64,000 nucleotides of DNA from Neoechinorhynchus agilis (GCA_051530055.1 CM121341.1:18144784-18208783), one strand, 5' to 3'. Shown: positions 36,023-49,689, counted from the first letter of the stretch. Notes: generated by a model from the sequence alone, not told the origin. Numbers and translations are program-made.

Positions 36023-36311
36023 TCAACCAATTATTACAATTTGCTATAAAGAGTAAATGATGAATATCTTTACAAAAAATCATTTCGGAGTCAAACATTC
36101 ACACGGATTTTTTTAGTTGTGCTTCACTATAATTTAGACGCGTGTATTGAAAACATTACCCTGTAAATAAAACTAAATGTTTTTAAACCCGTCTATGCAC
36201 TTCTCATTTTGCTCGGTATCTTATCACATGGTCATTGAATCAATTTTAAACGCCTACACTTTTAGTGCTTATACTAAACCCCAATCCATATTCTTCAGGA
36301 GAAGAATGTTA

Positions 36312-37198
36312 GATGGAATTCCCGTCCGGAAGTGGTGGCGGTTGAGGAATGGTGCCAGCAGACAGGCGCTAACCAAGTTCCCGTGAATGGCCTCAGACAG
36401 TCGATCTGGGACGGACCTCTTGTCGCGAGAGCTCACAGCTCTCTTCTTTCAGGTTCTCGCGATGGGGTCGTCCGAGCTAGACTGTTGGCAGTTTCAACAC
36501 GAGAATCTGGGGCGTGGTTGGAGGCTGTTCCTCTGGCATCTGTGGGAACTCTTCTTACTGACGAGGTGACGAGGATCGCAGTATCCTTAAGACTCGGTCT
36601 CCCGATATGCACGCCCCATCGCTGTCGATGTGGGTCTTTGGTTGATGCTTTCGGGCGACACGGTCTCGTCTGCAGAAGGTCAGCAGGAAGGTTTTCACGC
36701 CATTCTGAAATCAATAACGTAATTTCTCGGGCGTTGAGAACGGCGAACTTCCCGAACATCCTGGAACCCGCCCACCTCTGCAGACTAGACGGCCGTAGGC
36801 CCGATGGAATTTCGGTCTTCCCGTGGCGGGAGGGCAAATGCCTTCTCTGGGACGCCACGTGTGTGGACACCCTCGCAGCCAGCAACATCCCCTACTCCCT
36901 CGAAATCGCCGGTGGTGCCGCCAGTGCAGCGGAAGGGAGGAAGGTACGAAAATATATGCAGCTATCGAGGGCTCACTATTTTGTCCCCTTTGGGGTAGAG
37001 ACGTATGGAGCGCTCGGCAGCTCGGCACTCTCTCTGCTCAAGGATCTCTCGAAGAAATTGAGAGAGGCAACCGGAGACTCAAGAGCAGGCTTATTTCTTC
37101 GACAAAATATCTCGCTGGCAGTACAACGGGGCAATGCTGCCAGCGTGATGGCGACGGTCGAGGAAGGACAAAAGCTGGAATTTGGTGGGAGGTGGTGA
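36312..37198 (+). mobile_element. CRE-clade retrotransposon, 5'-truncated; open 288-aa frame with CCHC Zn finger + REL endonuclease
   Basis: CRCGSLVDAFGRHGLVC..RHSEIN, RPDG..WDATCVDT, FVPFGVETYG, LAVQRGNAASV; same family as 790-2935. Confidence 0.9.
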
Positions 37199-37303
37199 AT
37201 GTAAAGAAAAGTAACCAAATAGAAAACAATACTGCCTAAAAAAATCGAGTGTATAAATTCCTTAAAAAAAATTGTTTTCTTTAAAGTTTGAAAATAATTC
37301 ATC

Positions 37304-39539
37304 TGACGCAAATAATAATTTTGAGGTTTTAGTTTCAATTTTTACCAAATTTGAACGATTGGAATAAGATATTTTTCCTAGAACATTTTTATGATAGAAT
37401 AAATATAAATGAATTATTCGAAATTAATATACTTAAAAAGATCTTCATTCCAAAAAATAAACCTAAAATTACTAATGCCACTTAAATCCGAATTAATGCA
37501 ATACAAAATCCTCTAATTTCAGTCTCAGAGCGAGTGATCGACCATTCCGAAAATTTTTCATGGATTTGTCTCTGGCAGAGATGTACATATCTTACTAGAA
37601 GAACTTAACAATATGAATGAGGATTTTATAAATGTAAACAAATTTTTATTTCTGTTTGACGTTCATAAGGTTTTTCACTATGTTAATCAGAACGCCATGT
37701 ATGAGGCTTTGAACTGTTTTAAGATTGCAATTAATTGAATCTATAAAATCAATAACTTAATTGTAACTAAATCATTTTATTACGAAGTTGACCCTGATCG
37801 TACTTGCTTCTATGCTAAGTTCGGCGTGCCATAGGGCTCTCCATTATATTCTACGCTCTTTTTATGCGTAATGATTTACATATTTAAGGTCAAATTACCT
37901 AAATCGAAGAATATTTCAACTCTTGTATATGCGGACGATATATTTTTGCTCTGTAAACATAATAGTCGTAGCATTTTTCACAAATCACTGAAACTTCAAT
38001 TGGAACTTAAAATTATGGGCAATTAATTATTTTACCTTTCATTGGCGAAAAATTACAAAGGAAAGTGGAACCCGATAGAACAATAATTGAAACCAGAGAT
38101 GGCGAATCTTTTCACAAGGAAGAGCAAAATACAAACAGGAAAGCAAGACGGGGATTCCTTATTCATTACCTAATTAAATATTCTAAATTTAAGAATTGAA
38201 TGTGTGAACAGCGTTTTTTGAGTTCGAAATAAATCGTAATTAGAAGTTTCCTTGAATATTTGTTGGTGGTATTTATCTTAAGAATATTTTAAAATGAGAC
38301 GAATGTCGCTGAGTACACGAGTTTACCTGTTTCTCTTCTAACATTTCAAGTCTTAGATATGTGAAATAATAGACCCTCCTCGACGAAGATAATTCATTTC
38401 TAGTCCCAGAAACAATAAGCTTCTCCAAGCCTTGGTTTTGAAGAGTTTTTGCGACATACACCAGAATTTGCATATCACCGAATATTTTCCATTATTTCAT
38501 TACTGAGCCATACTGCTCAGGAAGCGCAGTCTGCCGTCCTCGAAAGCCGAAGCCATTCAAGAGACTCGATCACCTCCGGGAACAGGCCGAAACCGTCCCT
38601 GCGTCACCGTAGACAGACCCGCCACTCCTCATCCTCGCAGATTGTGGCTTGCTTTCTGTTGGTGCAGAAAGTTGAGATTCAAACTATAGAAATGATCGCT
38701 ATGAGTATGATCTCGAACCTATGTGGGGAAAGATCTCGTCTTGTCCTAGAACGTCTCTAGGAAAAGAAACTTCTTCTAGGCCCAACGCTCTTTTATTGAC
38801 GCAAATAATAATTTTGAGGTTTCACTTTCAATTTTTACCAAATTTGAACGATTGGAATAAGATATTTTCCTAGAACATTTTTATGATAGAATAAATATAA
38901 ATGAATTATTCGAAATTAATATACTTAAAAAGATCTTCATTCCAAAAAATAAACCTAAAATTACTAACGCCACTTAAATCCGAATTAATGCAATACAAAA
39001 TCCTCTAATTTCAGTCTCAGAGCGAGTGATCGACCATTCCGAAAATTTTTCATGGATTTGTCTCTGGCAGAGATGTACATATCTTACTAGAAGAACTTAA
39101 CAATATGAATGAGGATTTTATAAATGTAAACAAATTTTTATTTCTGTTTGACGTTCATAAGGTTTTTCACTATGTTAATCAGAACGCCATGTATGAGGCT
39201 TTGAACTGTTTTAAGATTGCAATTAATTGAATCTATAAAATCAATAACTTAATTGTAACTAAATCATTTTATTACGAAGTTGACCCTGATCGTACTTGCT
39301 TCTATGCTAAGTTCGGCGTGCCATAGGGCTCTCCATTACATTCTACGCTCTTTTTATGCGTAATGATTTACATATTTAAGGTCAAATTACCTAAATCGAA
39401 GAATATTTCAACTCTTGTATATGCGGACGATATATTTTTGCTCTGTAAACATAATAGTCGTAGCATTTTTCACAAATCACTGAAACTTCAATTGGAACTT
39501 AAAATTATGGGCAATTAATTATTTTACCTTTCATTGGCG
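37304..39539 (+). repeat. A-B-A segmental duplication: A = 37304-38047 and 38797-39539; B = 38047-38797, also present at 44224-44974
   Basis: Near-identical sequence at offsets 1493 (A) and 6177 (B) by direct reading. Confidence 0.9.
37650..37980 (+). mobile_element. Degenerate LINE RT relic inside block A (second copy ~39143-39473)
   Basis: LFDVHKVFHYVN, FGVP*GSPL (37823) and in-frame YADD (37928). Confidence 0.6.
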
Positions 39540-40113
39540 GTACAAATTAGCTCTTGGTTCGCGAGCGCCCCCCCGAACCTAGAATGTTTCTTTTTAATAT
39601 ATTTAGTAATAAATTACAAAGATTTTCCGCCAATTTAATTTTACCTCCATGATACTCGTTTCAGCAGTTTACATAATTTTCTTAACTAATGTTTGTTTTT
39701 ACTGCTCAAATACGCCTTTCACCAAGTACTTATTGGGCAAGAACAACTCGTATCTTATTTCATATTCGCATAATACCTCTTTTAGAGAATCTTCAATTCA
39801 TAGAAGAACAATAGAATTACGGAATTAGCTTTATAGTAATAAGATACGTGAACTTTTTGGAAAAATGATCGAAAAAGATAGAAGGAAATGTCGCGGTCCA
39901 TGAAAAACGCAATCCAGATGGGAGCTTCAGGAATGTACAGCGAAATTTCTGGCGTTGTTCAGGCGGCCGTCGCCTTGAGTAAAAAACTTAGCCCGAGATT
40001 GCCCACCAGTTAAGTATTGTCCTGCATGCTTTAATGCTTTTAATCAAAACATTGAAAAAGTACAAAAACTAAGCTCACAGCAAATCAAGTCTCATGTATC
40101 TACGAGCCTCCCA

Positions 40114-40220
40114 GATCCATCCCATTACCATTCGGAACCGTCACAAGGACACTTGCAGCGTTGCCGCACGCAAGGCGCAGGGCGCGTTTGGCCTTAAGCT
40201 TGGCTAGCTTAAAGAGTTTT
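40114..40220 (-). mobile_element. Possible CRE 3'-end relic
   Basis: ...RLACGNAASVLVTVPNG resembles the CRE terminus QRGNAASV; short match. Confidence 0.35.
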
Positions 40221-40489
40221 TTCATCTAACTGAGGTCAGCAGTGATCGCTAAATTATTAGTAATTATATGTCCTTAAATCTCCAATTTGTTGTGAACTGG
40301 GTAGAAATCAAGCTTAAATTTTTTTTAAGTACTCCTTGATGCGTCGTTTCCCTAAAATGGATTTCAATTTATGTAAAATATTTGTATTCTTATTATTTAA
40401 AATCCCACCCGTGAAAGGTGATTTACTAAAAAATTCAATAAGGTTTCTAATTTAGCTCGTGCCTTAGTATAATTCATCTCCTTTATTAC

Positions 40490-40745
40490 TACTGTCAAAT
40501 CGTCGGCATACTTGGTAATTGAACGGCAGATTGAACAATTTCGGACTATGTACTGCGGAACTAGGCAAAATAATATAGGCGATAAGGGAGAATCTTGAGG
40601 AACTCCTTTGAGTCGCCAGTAAACGGTTCGTGTTGGATTAATCCGCTATGAACATTTTAATTTCATTCGATATCTGCAAAGCTTTCGATAATATCGACAT
40701 AGGCTTTATTCTGAATATCATGCCATTTTTTAATTTCTCGATTTA
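40490..40745. mobile_element. LINE RT relic with an internal inversion
   Basis: KGVPQDSPLSPILF (40606->) and YADD (40510->40499) on the minus strand; ILISFDICKAFDNID (40654-40695) on the plus strand. Confidence 0.7.
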
Positions 40746-41156
40746 GTGTATGTTACAACATGATATTAAATTCAAACACAAGTTATTAATTTCAATCTTA
40801 TAATTAATTAAAAAATCTCATTTTCAAACTTGAATGGCAATTAGAGCTTCCATCGCTCTAGTCACATGAATCGCGAGTCAATTAGTTCAGTGCCGCTGTA
40901 AAAAATCATCACCCTATTGATTAGATTTATAAATGAGATTATCAAAAATCACAGTGCAGTTTCCCACAATCCCGTGGTCATTGAAACACAATGCTAAATC
41001 ACTTATGAATTGCTAGGTCACGTGGTATGAAATTCGGCCGTAGCCGCTATCACGTTATCACCGGTCTAACCCTAAGAAAACTGGTTTGATTCCCCTTAAG
41101 TGTCTTCAGCTGCCTACTTGCAATTGTTCAATACCTGCATCTTCTTTATTTTAGGA

Positions 41157-42477
41157 ATGAAAATCACAACTGACCCAAGACATTTTATAGCCCTGCGATA
41201 TCTTCGCGAATCATTACCGCTTGTAAGGCGCATGTTGAGCGAGGTTGTCAGACTGTTTGATGTTATAGTGGATATAGTTCACCAAGGAGATGATGGTTTA
41301 CCTGATGGTTCTAAACTATTCAAAGTTTTTCTGAGGGATGCATCCTACTCTCCTATACTGATACCAGCCGCAGAATACTTGAACGCAGCAGTAAGACCTC
41401 GATTTGCATTGGTAGCTATCGTTCCTCCTTTGGCAGAAAAAAAGCTCAATAATTGTATAATCGATGCATTACAGAAAGAAAATGGCGTTCATTTAGATAG
41501 ATCTTTTGTTGAGCAGAATTGGTGGATGCTTCGCTTATTAGTGCTCTTCGAATTAGTCCAATTTGAGATACTTTGCAATCGGCATTTCTTTTATTATTTA
41601 ATAGTCTAGCAATTTGATTTTCCTATACGCTAAGATACCGTGCAACTTAAGTTTTTCACTGAAATCCTAAAGCCTTATTGTAAGCTCAACAAGAGATCAG
41701 ATAATACTTCAAGAAGGTAGGATTACTTTTCTGGGAAGGAAAGGATCATGTATGGAAGTTTACAATCGATGTCAAAAGATACTTGCAATAAACAAAGGTG
41801 CACCATTGTTACTTAGTTCGAAATGCAATTACGACCTAGAAAACAAAGAGGATCTGAGTTCATTGATTGATGTTATACAAAAGGAATCATCAGTAACACA
41901 AACAAAATTTCTGCCGATCTTCCAAATTGACAATGGTGAGCAACTGGCTGTTCTCGTAACAAGCAAGACTATACTAAAAATGAGACAGTTATTAGATGGA
42001 CGGCATCTTCGGTCGATTGTTATCGATGGTTTTAATGTTGCAATGGAACCGGGTTTTCCGAGAAAATTCGAACTCAATAGGCTATGCTCTGCAATCCGGT
42101 ATTTTATATACCTCGGATTTAAAGATGTAAAAGCCGTCATCAACGACACACTTCGTGACCATTTTGGAGATGACTATCCAGTAATCAAGTTGCTAGAAAA
42201 GAGTAATTTCTTAATCAACGTCCCTGAAAGCTACCAAGCCTTTAACTACAGCGGGCGTAAATTCTGCGCTGACTATGCTCATCAAAGTTCATCAATACTT
42301 GTCACAAATGACAAATACATCCAGCAGACTCGATTCATCAGCAAACCATTCAGTGAATATCTCAGGAACAATATACTCATCTATGCAATGCCCGATCAAT
42401 TAAGTTTTATTCCATTGGGGAGAAGGCAAGCAATGGATTATGTCCCCTTGCATGAAATGCTGTGTGAATCCAAATAA
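41157..42477 (+). CDS. N4BP1/KHNYN-like protein: KH-like N-terminal region + NYN/PIN (Regnase-type) RNase domain; internal exon boundaries unresolved
   Basis: LRSIVIDGFNVAM, ILVTND and PLGR match the Zc3h12a/N4BP1 NYN domain; the 41157 exon resembles the recalled N4BP1 N-terminal KH-like region; no CCCH finger. Confidence 0.7.
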
Positions 42478-43472
42478 ATTGCAAATTTTTATATCATCTA
42501 CATTATTTGGTAGATAAATGCGACACATCATTTTGTAAAATGCGCATTTAGCATCTAATTTTGCACTTGAATCTTAATTTAGGAGAAAATTAACTGATTA
42601 AATATTTATATTTTCCAAAAGACGAAGTTAGATTCACAATTTGTTTTTATTTAGGCGTTGCGAAAACTGATATTTCGTTATAATTGATTTCCTAGTTTGA
42701 GGTTCTCTTAACTTTTTCACTTTTTGATGTATTAGTAATTCCCCATTAATAACATTTTACATATTATGTTGGTTGTAAATTGTATTTCCTATATCATCTC
42801 TCTTTATTGTGATAATGAAATCTCTTTAAAAGTCCAGTTTGTCATTTATTCATAAGCAGATAAAGATTAAGCGTTGCGATGAACTAAGAATCATTACTGA
42901 GTTTCCTAGTAAAATTCCTAAACTCCATAGGTGTTAAAAGAGAATCAAAATTAGTGCTAATAATTGATATTTTACTCCACGATTATTGTTTCAGTCTATG
43001 ATTATCTCTTTGATCTCGTTGTCTGCGGTTATTTACTAAAATTTAAGGGTTTCAAAATTCATAGAACGAAATAATGTATTTTACTGGTCTAAACAGCGAA
43101 AAACGTTAAAACCCAATCATCTTTACCTTTCGTAACCCTCTCTTCTTCGCTTTTTATTCAGAAATTTTGCAGGGCAAGCAAAATTGTATTAATCTTACAT
43201 TTCCTTTAATGGGCATGACACAAAGAACAAATTTCCAAATTTTATTATAAAAATTCGGCGTACAAATCCTTAACTCGTATTTATCTTTTATCGGCAAGAA
43301 GCGTTTTTCTCGTCTTTAGACTCTAAATTTATTAAAATTTACAAGTTTTGGAATATAATGTTCTGTGGAGCCGCGGTTTTCTTCACGCTGACAGCATTCC
43401 CTCGTTGTACTGCCAGGGAGATATTTTGTCTAAGGAATGCTGCCGCACGCGGGTCCCTTTTCATAGCTAAAG

Positions 43473-44376
43473 TGCGGATTCTCCGAGGGCCCGGAACGTT
43501 TCGATCCTGAAAGGCACAAAATGGAAGCTCTCCCTCAGCTCAGCGTATTTTGCCGCCTTCCGACGCGCTCGCAGTAGCTCGGATTCAGTATTCGAAAAGA
43601 AAAATGTGAGTACCAATCGACTTTTCGAATCCTATCCTTAGCTAAATCGGTGCTTTTCTGCTTGCAAGTTTCTATACCTTTTGCGACGTGATATTCTTTT
43701 TTCGCCTATATAACCGTAGCGACGCAACTTAATTTTTAAACTGAACTTTCTTTTGTACATGAGCCTTGATCGCATTTTTGCAGTACAATTTTAAAAACAA
43801 AAATTTCGAAAGCCGTTATCGGTGTTGATGCGCCGAGAAAAAGTTGCTTCCAGGGTTGCCAACTGCAGCGTTCAGCGATTGTATGAAGACTTGGAGTGCC
43901 TGAATGAAATGGATTATTCGAAAAAAAATAAACCTTCAGATTTCGATAATATAAAATTATGTGACAATGTCCGTGAACCTATTAATACAAACTCTAATGG
44001 AAATTTATTGCAAAACGAAATTTGTAAAAGACAAAAATGTGAATTCGCTCTCCGATTGGTTTTAAATGAACTCTTTGGGCTACGGCGTTATATGAACAAA
44101 ATGGGTTTGCAATATCCTGAAGGTCTCGTCAGACATGAGGATGCATTTTACGGTGCTAATATAAAAGGTGAAGATGGAAATAAACAAAGTGGTGTAGAAA
44201 AGCAATCCAAAATAGAACCTATTGAAAAATTACAAAGGAAAGCGGAACCCGATAGAACAATAATTGAAACCAGAGATGGCGAATCTTTTCACAAGGAAGA
44301 GCAAAATACAAACAGGAAAGCAAGACGGGGATTCCTTATTCATTACCTAATTAAATATTCTAAATTTAAGAATTGA
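43473..44376 (+). CDS. Unassigned gene (probable exons 43473-43605 and 43813-44376)
   Basis: 188-codon open frame in AT-rich DNA; strong gtgagt donor at 43606 is in phase with an AG at 43811-43812. Confidence 0.4.
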
Positions 44377-45469
44377 ATGTGTGAACAGCGTTTTTTGAGT
44401 TCGAAATAAATCGTAATTAGAAGTTTCCTTGAATATTTGTTGGTGGTATTTATCTTAAGAATATTTTAAAATGAGACGAATGTCGCTGAGTACACGAGTT
44501 TACCTGTTTCTCTTCTAACATTTCAAGTCTTAGATATGTGAAATAATAGACCCTCCTCGACGAAGATAATTCATTTCTAGTCCCAGAAACAATAAGCCTC
44601 TCCAAGCCTTGGTTTTGAAGAGTTTTTGCGACATACACCAGAATTTGCATATCACCGAATATTTTCTATTATTTCATTACTGAGCCATACTGCTCAGGAA
44701 GCGCAGTCTGCCGTCCTCGAAAGCCGAAGCCATTCAAGAGACTCGATCACCTCCGGGAACAGGCCGAAACCGTCCCTGCGTCACCGTAGACAGACCCGCC
44801 ACTCCTCATCCTCGCAGATTGTGGCTTGCTTTCTGTTGGTGCAGAAAGTTGAGATTCAAACTATAGAAATGATCGCTATGAGTATGATCTCGAACCTATG
44901 TCGGGAAAGATCTCGTCTTGTCCTAGAACGTCTCTAGGAAAAGAAACTTCTTCTAGGCCCAACGCTCTTTTATTTGGATGGGTACCTTATCATCGCGATG
45001 GCAAAGACTTTCATGCTTGAGTGACGCCCTCAAAGCGAGAGGTGTACGTGCTTCTTGATAAAGGTTTAAATTGAGAATTGCAGATATGGGATGATCTTTT
45101 GCGATTTCAACTTCCATTTTTTCAACTGCTCTGTGTCACGACGTGCAATGCATTTTTGTGTTCGACCGGACTAAAAATTACTGTGGTTGCAAAACCTTCT
45201 TTTACTCATTGATCCTTCTATTTTTTGCACATATTGTGATCATTTTAAAAATTCTCAATGCATTTTTCAATTAAACAATGACGCTGGTTCAAAAAGGTCT
45301 AATGGTCCATAAATGCTTGTTATTTTTTAAATATGAATTTTTTTCCTTGTTACCAAAAATGTTCAAGATTCTTAATTGTGGGCATTCAGGACATAATGTG
45401 CCAATGTAGTTTTAGTTTATCATCGCATAATAAAAGATCTTAGGAAGCAATTAGTTTAACTCCATCTTA

Positions 45470-47700
45470 CTAAAGAAATGCAGGCCTCCTTCCCCGAGTT
45501 GCGTCAACGTATTGACTTCCCAACTCGTCTTGACGCTCACCTCGACAAAGTGTTCACACATATCGACGCCCCATGAACTCTGACCACTCTTCTACCCTTA
45601 TTACTCCCTCCACCCCACCTCAACGTATAAAATAAGTCTGAGATTAACGTGATCATCACATAAACAATTTTATACAATTGTTCAACTCTAATATTCGCAC
45701 ATTCCACTCTGACAACACAAATGACCCTTCCTTGGTCATGTCCGCCCTAACCTCAATCATAAAAAATTCCCTAACTTCTGCAATTCCCAAGAAATTCATT
45801 AGAATCTCCAACATCGGCCCACCATGGATGACCCAGATCTTGAAGCTTATTTAAAAAGGAAACTTCTAAGGCTCATCGCAATAACTCTCCAGACTTTCTC
45901 CGCTCACAAAAAGCACTTACGAATAAAATACTTATCGCCCGCAAAAACTGCCTTTCCTCTAGAATTCGATCAGGTGGCAACTCAACATGTCAAGGACTCT
46001 CTTGGTCTACGCAACCCGTATTCCTTCCCTAATTTGTCATCCACTGAATTGAAACAGGTTCTTGATTCCATTAATCAGAACCTCTGCCCTGACTCAATTT
46101 ACAATCAATTACACAATCGCCCACACCTGAAACTTTTGTCAACTTGCCGATTCTCCCCTCATTCTCGTCATACGAAGTACTAAAGTATCTCATGAAATTA
46201 CCTAAAAACTCGTCCTCTCAATCTGAAATCTTAAACTGGGCTCTTCGCTGCATCATCCCCGAACTTCTCGACCCTCTTACCCACAGTATAAACCTCAGCT
46301 TTTTATATAGCATCGACCCCTCATGCCTGAAAACTGCTAAAGTGATTCTTTTCTGAAAAATGGACACCCGATTTCCAATCATTCCGTCCAATATCCATTC
46401 TATCTGCTCTTTCAAAAATCATCAAAAATGTTTCAAATCTCACCTTCTTCCACTTCGCAGCAACAATTCATCGCCCCTACAATTCGGCTTCCGGCCAAAT
46501 TTTCTACAGCTGATCCCCTACTCTGCATTTATAACACGCTCCTACGTAACCTTGATAATAATCCCTCCCACGTCACCATTCTCATTCAACTTGATTTATC
46601 GAAAGCATTCGGCTCTGTGGACCATTCACTCCTTCTTCGGGCCTGCTCCGATTTTGGTCTCAACTTGTGGCTGATCCGCTGGCTCGAATCTTATCTTCAC
46701 AATCGCAAACAATACATTCGCTGCAGTTCGACCTGGTGCCTCAAGGTGTTGTGCTGTCACCACTTCTCTTTAATATTTTCCTAAACCACATTAAACCTTT
46801 CTCTCCTCACTCTAAGCTTTTCTTATATGCAGACGATCTCAACCTCATCACCCAATCATCACCCCACCTCTCCCTCTCCTTGACCTAAAGAAATCACACA
46901 CATAAAAGATCTGCACCAATCACAAAACTCCACCGGGATATCTCTAAATGCTTCGAAATGACCCCCTCATTCTCCAGCAACCTCACATCCTCCAATGAGC
47001 TTTTATATGACATCCTACGAGTAACCTCTCTAAGAATTCTGGGTCTCTAATTTCAATCAAATTTGAAATGGGACTCGCACATCACTCTCTCCCTCAAGCT
47101 CAACACCTTTAAAATTTATCTCCTCAAATGCCTCTGACATTTAGGAATCCCTTCATCCGATCCCTCCCTCACTTACGGTTATCCCGTCTTTTGTAACCTA
47201 ACCAAATCTCAAATCCGTCGTCTTGAAATGTTTCGTAAAAGAGCATCTAAAATTTGCACAGCTGACTTTCTCCCTCTCACCGAATGTCTTGATACCATTT
47301 TTCATAAAACAAACAAAACGCATCTCCACCCTAACGCCACAATTTCTACCATATATCGCCCCTTTTCACACGAGCACAACACTCGTAATTCTAATTCGTA
47401 TCATCCTCCTATACCTCGCACCTCCCTGTACCTACGCTCCTTTTTCCTTGCTGCCCAATCTTCTCGGATATCATAACCTGAAATGAACCTGAGGAAAGAC
47501 CCAACCTCACAAGCTCTCCTGCAAACAATAACCACAAACTCCCACAAGAACGGGCATAACAATACTTGATATTCCCACCCTAACGAAAATCCCCGACCGG
47601 AAATTCTCACTCGAACAGACATCCAAGACCGGACATTCCCACCCGAACGGACATACAAAAAAAACAGAGTATCCGTGTGGAAAATCAATAAAACGTATTA
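45470..47700 (+). mobile_element. Decayed LINE (APE-RT type, CR1-group-like), copy 2
   Basis: PTRLDAHLDKVF (endonuclease end), QLDLSKAFGSVDH, VPQGVVLSPLLFNIF, FLYADDL; many stops and frameshifts. Confidence 0.85.
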
Positions 47701-48079
47701 TTTACGCGTAAACCAGCTTGGCATCGAGATATTTCATAAGCTTCCTTGGGCCAATCAAATATTTTTACGGTACTTTCGATCAGCAATGAACCTATTCGAG
47801 TTTTCAAAATGAAAGCCATAATCCATTAATCGTCGATGAATGTTGATATTAAAATGAATTTCCAATCACGATCTTTCAAAAAAAATCCATTTTGTCGAAT
47901 GATTTATTTATCGTTCACTGAAAGCCCAATACTGATTGATGTTTCTTAAAAGTAAAGTCGAAAATGACATCCTTGTTGTAAAGGATTTTCCGATGAAGTC
48001 AATCGATTACATTAATTGTTCCCCTTAAAAATCGAACCTTGTTTTCGTCGATATTTCGTCCTTTCAAAGTGAATTCTGT

Positions 48080-48885
48080 TGAAGTCATGAAATCATTCAC
48101 ACCACCGTTCTGGATCACTCGGCTGCCGTCCTGGTGTAACGGTCGAAAGGACGGGCCAGGCTAATGTTTTGTAGGAGGAATGCTCCTGCCCTCTGATCGC
48201 CAGTGATTCGTCTAAATCTCTTAGACAATTGGTGGCCAGGTCCTGCGCTGCGGTACCAAACGACCCGAGCGTCTCGACGCCAAAGGGAACAAAATAATGA
48301 TTGCGACTCAGACCCCTGTATTTTGTCCTTTTGCGTTCCTCGCGAATTTCATGTTGCTAGCTGCGAGCGTACCCACGCACGTGGCGTCCCAGAACAGGCA
48401 TTTTCCTTCTCGCCACGGGAATACTGTGACACCGTCCGGTCAACGGCCATCGAGTCGGCAAAGGTTGCACGGCTCTAGGATGTTTGACGCATTCACAGTA
48501 TACAGGGCACGGCTAAGAATTGCGTTCACTTCGGCGTGTCGTGAGTAACTTCCGCCTGATTGCCGACAGACGAGACAATGGCGTCCCGATGGTTCAACGG
48601 TCGCTCCGCAACGGAGCGATAGGATGTGCACATCCGTACCCAAAGTCTCAGGGACACTGCAATCCTTACTGTCTCGTCGGAGAGAAGGGTACCCACCGAA
48701 GCGATTGGGATACCGTTGAGCAAAGCACCCGATTTACATGTAGAGAGTGCCGTTAACCGAGTGGGTGAGTCCCAAACTGATTGTTTGCAACCATTGACGG
48801 GTACCTGCTCGCAGAATGAATCTCCACACCAAAGATTAAGCGCCTCCACGAAATCTTCATCCAATGTGTAATTTTCCCCAAGAAC
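48080..48885 (-). mobile_element. CRE-clade retrotransposon 3' fragment, frameshifted
   Basis: QVPVNGCKQSVWD, RIAVSLRL, RHAEVNAIL, RRPDG..WDATCV, QRH-like terminus. Confidence 0.8.
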
Positions 48886-49689
48886 GGCCGTTGGCGTTCA
48901 AAAATCTTTTTTGAAACAAAGAAATTTTGTTAGCAAAGATATTGCAAATCTTCCTATGCCCGAAAAAGTGATTGTTTGATGATCATCGTAAAATTGAATT
49001 GTTACTGAATAAATAGTGAAATTAACGTGACGTAATAAATTTAAAAATGTGCGCGTTTAAATAGTAAAGAATTATACAAGTGCGTCAAATAATCTCATCG
49101 TTCAAGAACTTTGCTCTTCTTAAATTACCATCCTGTTTGTTGTTTTACGGCAGGATGAAGGCTTGGCGTTGATGGGCGTCTAAGTTCAAAAGCGTGCCAG
49201 TATTAACGCTCAATTTGCTTGTTTGCAAGGCAAAAAGCATTAATTTGACACAATTGCGATTTCAAATGACTGGCGTTTCAGAATCTCAAAATTTGACATC
49301 AGTTTAGTTTTGAGTTCGATGTTCACGATTTCTAAATTAGTGATCGTGAATGTACAGAGCAGATTGGATAACTTTTCACGAACAAATCCTTTCGGGCCGA
49401 CTGGGCTTTCTATTTTGAAGAGTTTATTTTTTTCTTAAAAAGCGGCGGAAATAAAAGGTACATTTTAATTTTTTGTAACGAATGGAACGTCCTCGTAAAC
49501 TTTTTCGAATGAGTTGGTTTATTTGTTTCTTCATTCTCCATTACGTTATTTTTAATTTTATCTCAAAATTAAATTTAACCGTTCTAATTGATTATTGAAC
49601 CGAATACCAATTTTATGAAGGAAAGAGCGCGCTGAGGGAAGATTTTAAAATCAAAACCATTGCTGTACAGTAAAAGAGTTAATTAAATG

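Noticed and set aside
38273-38760. ORFs 38273/38449 and their twins 44450/44626
   Set aside because: They arise from duplicated block B and the dispersed repeat; no evidence that they are genes.
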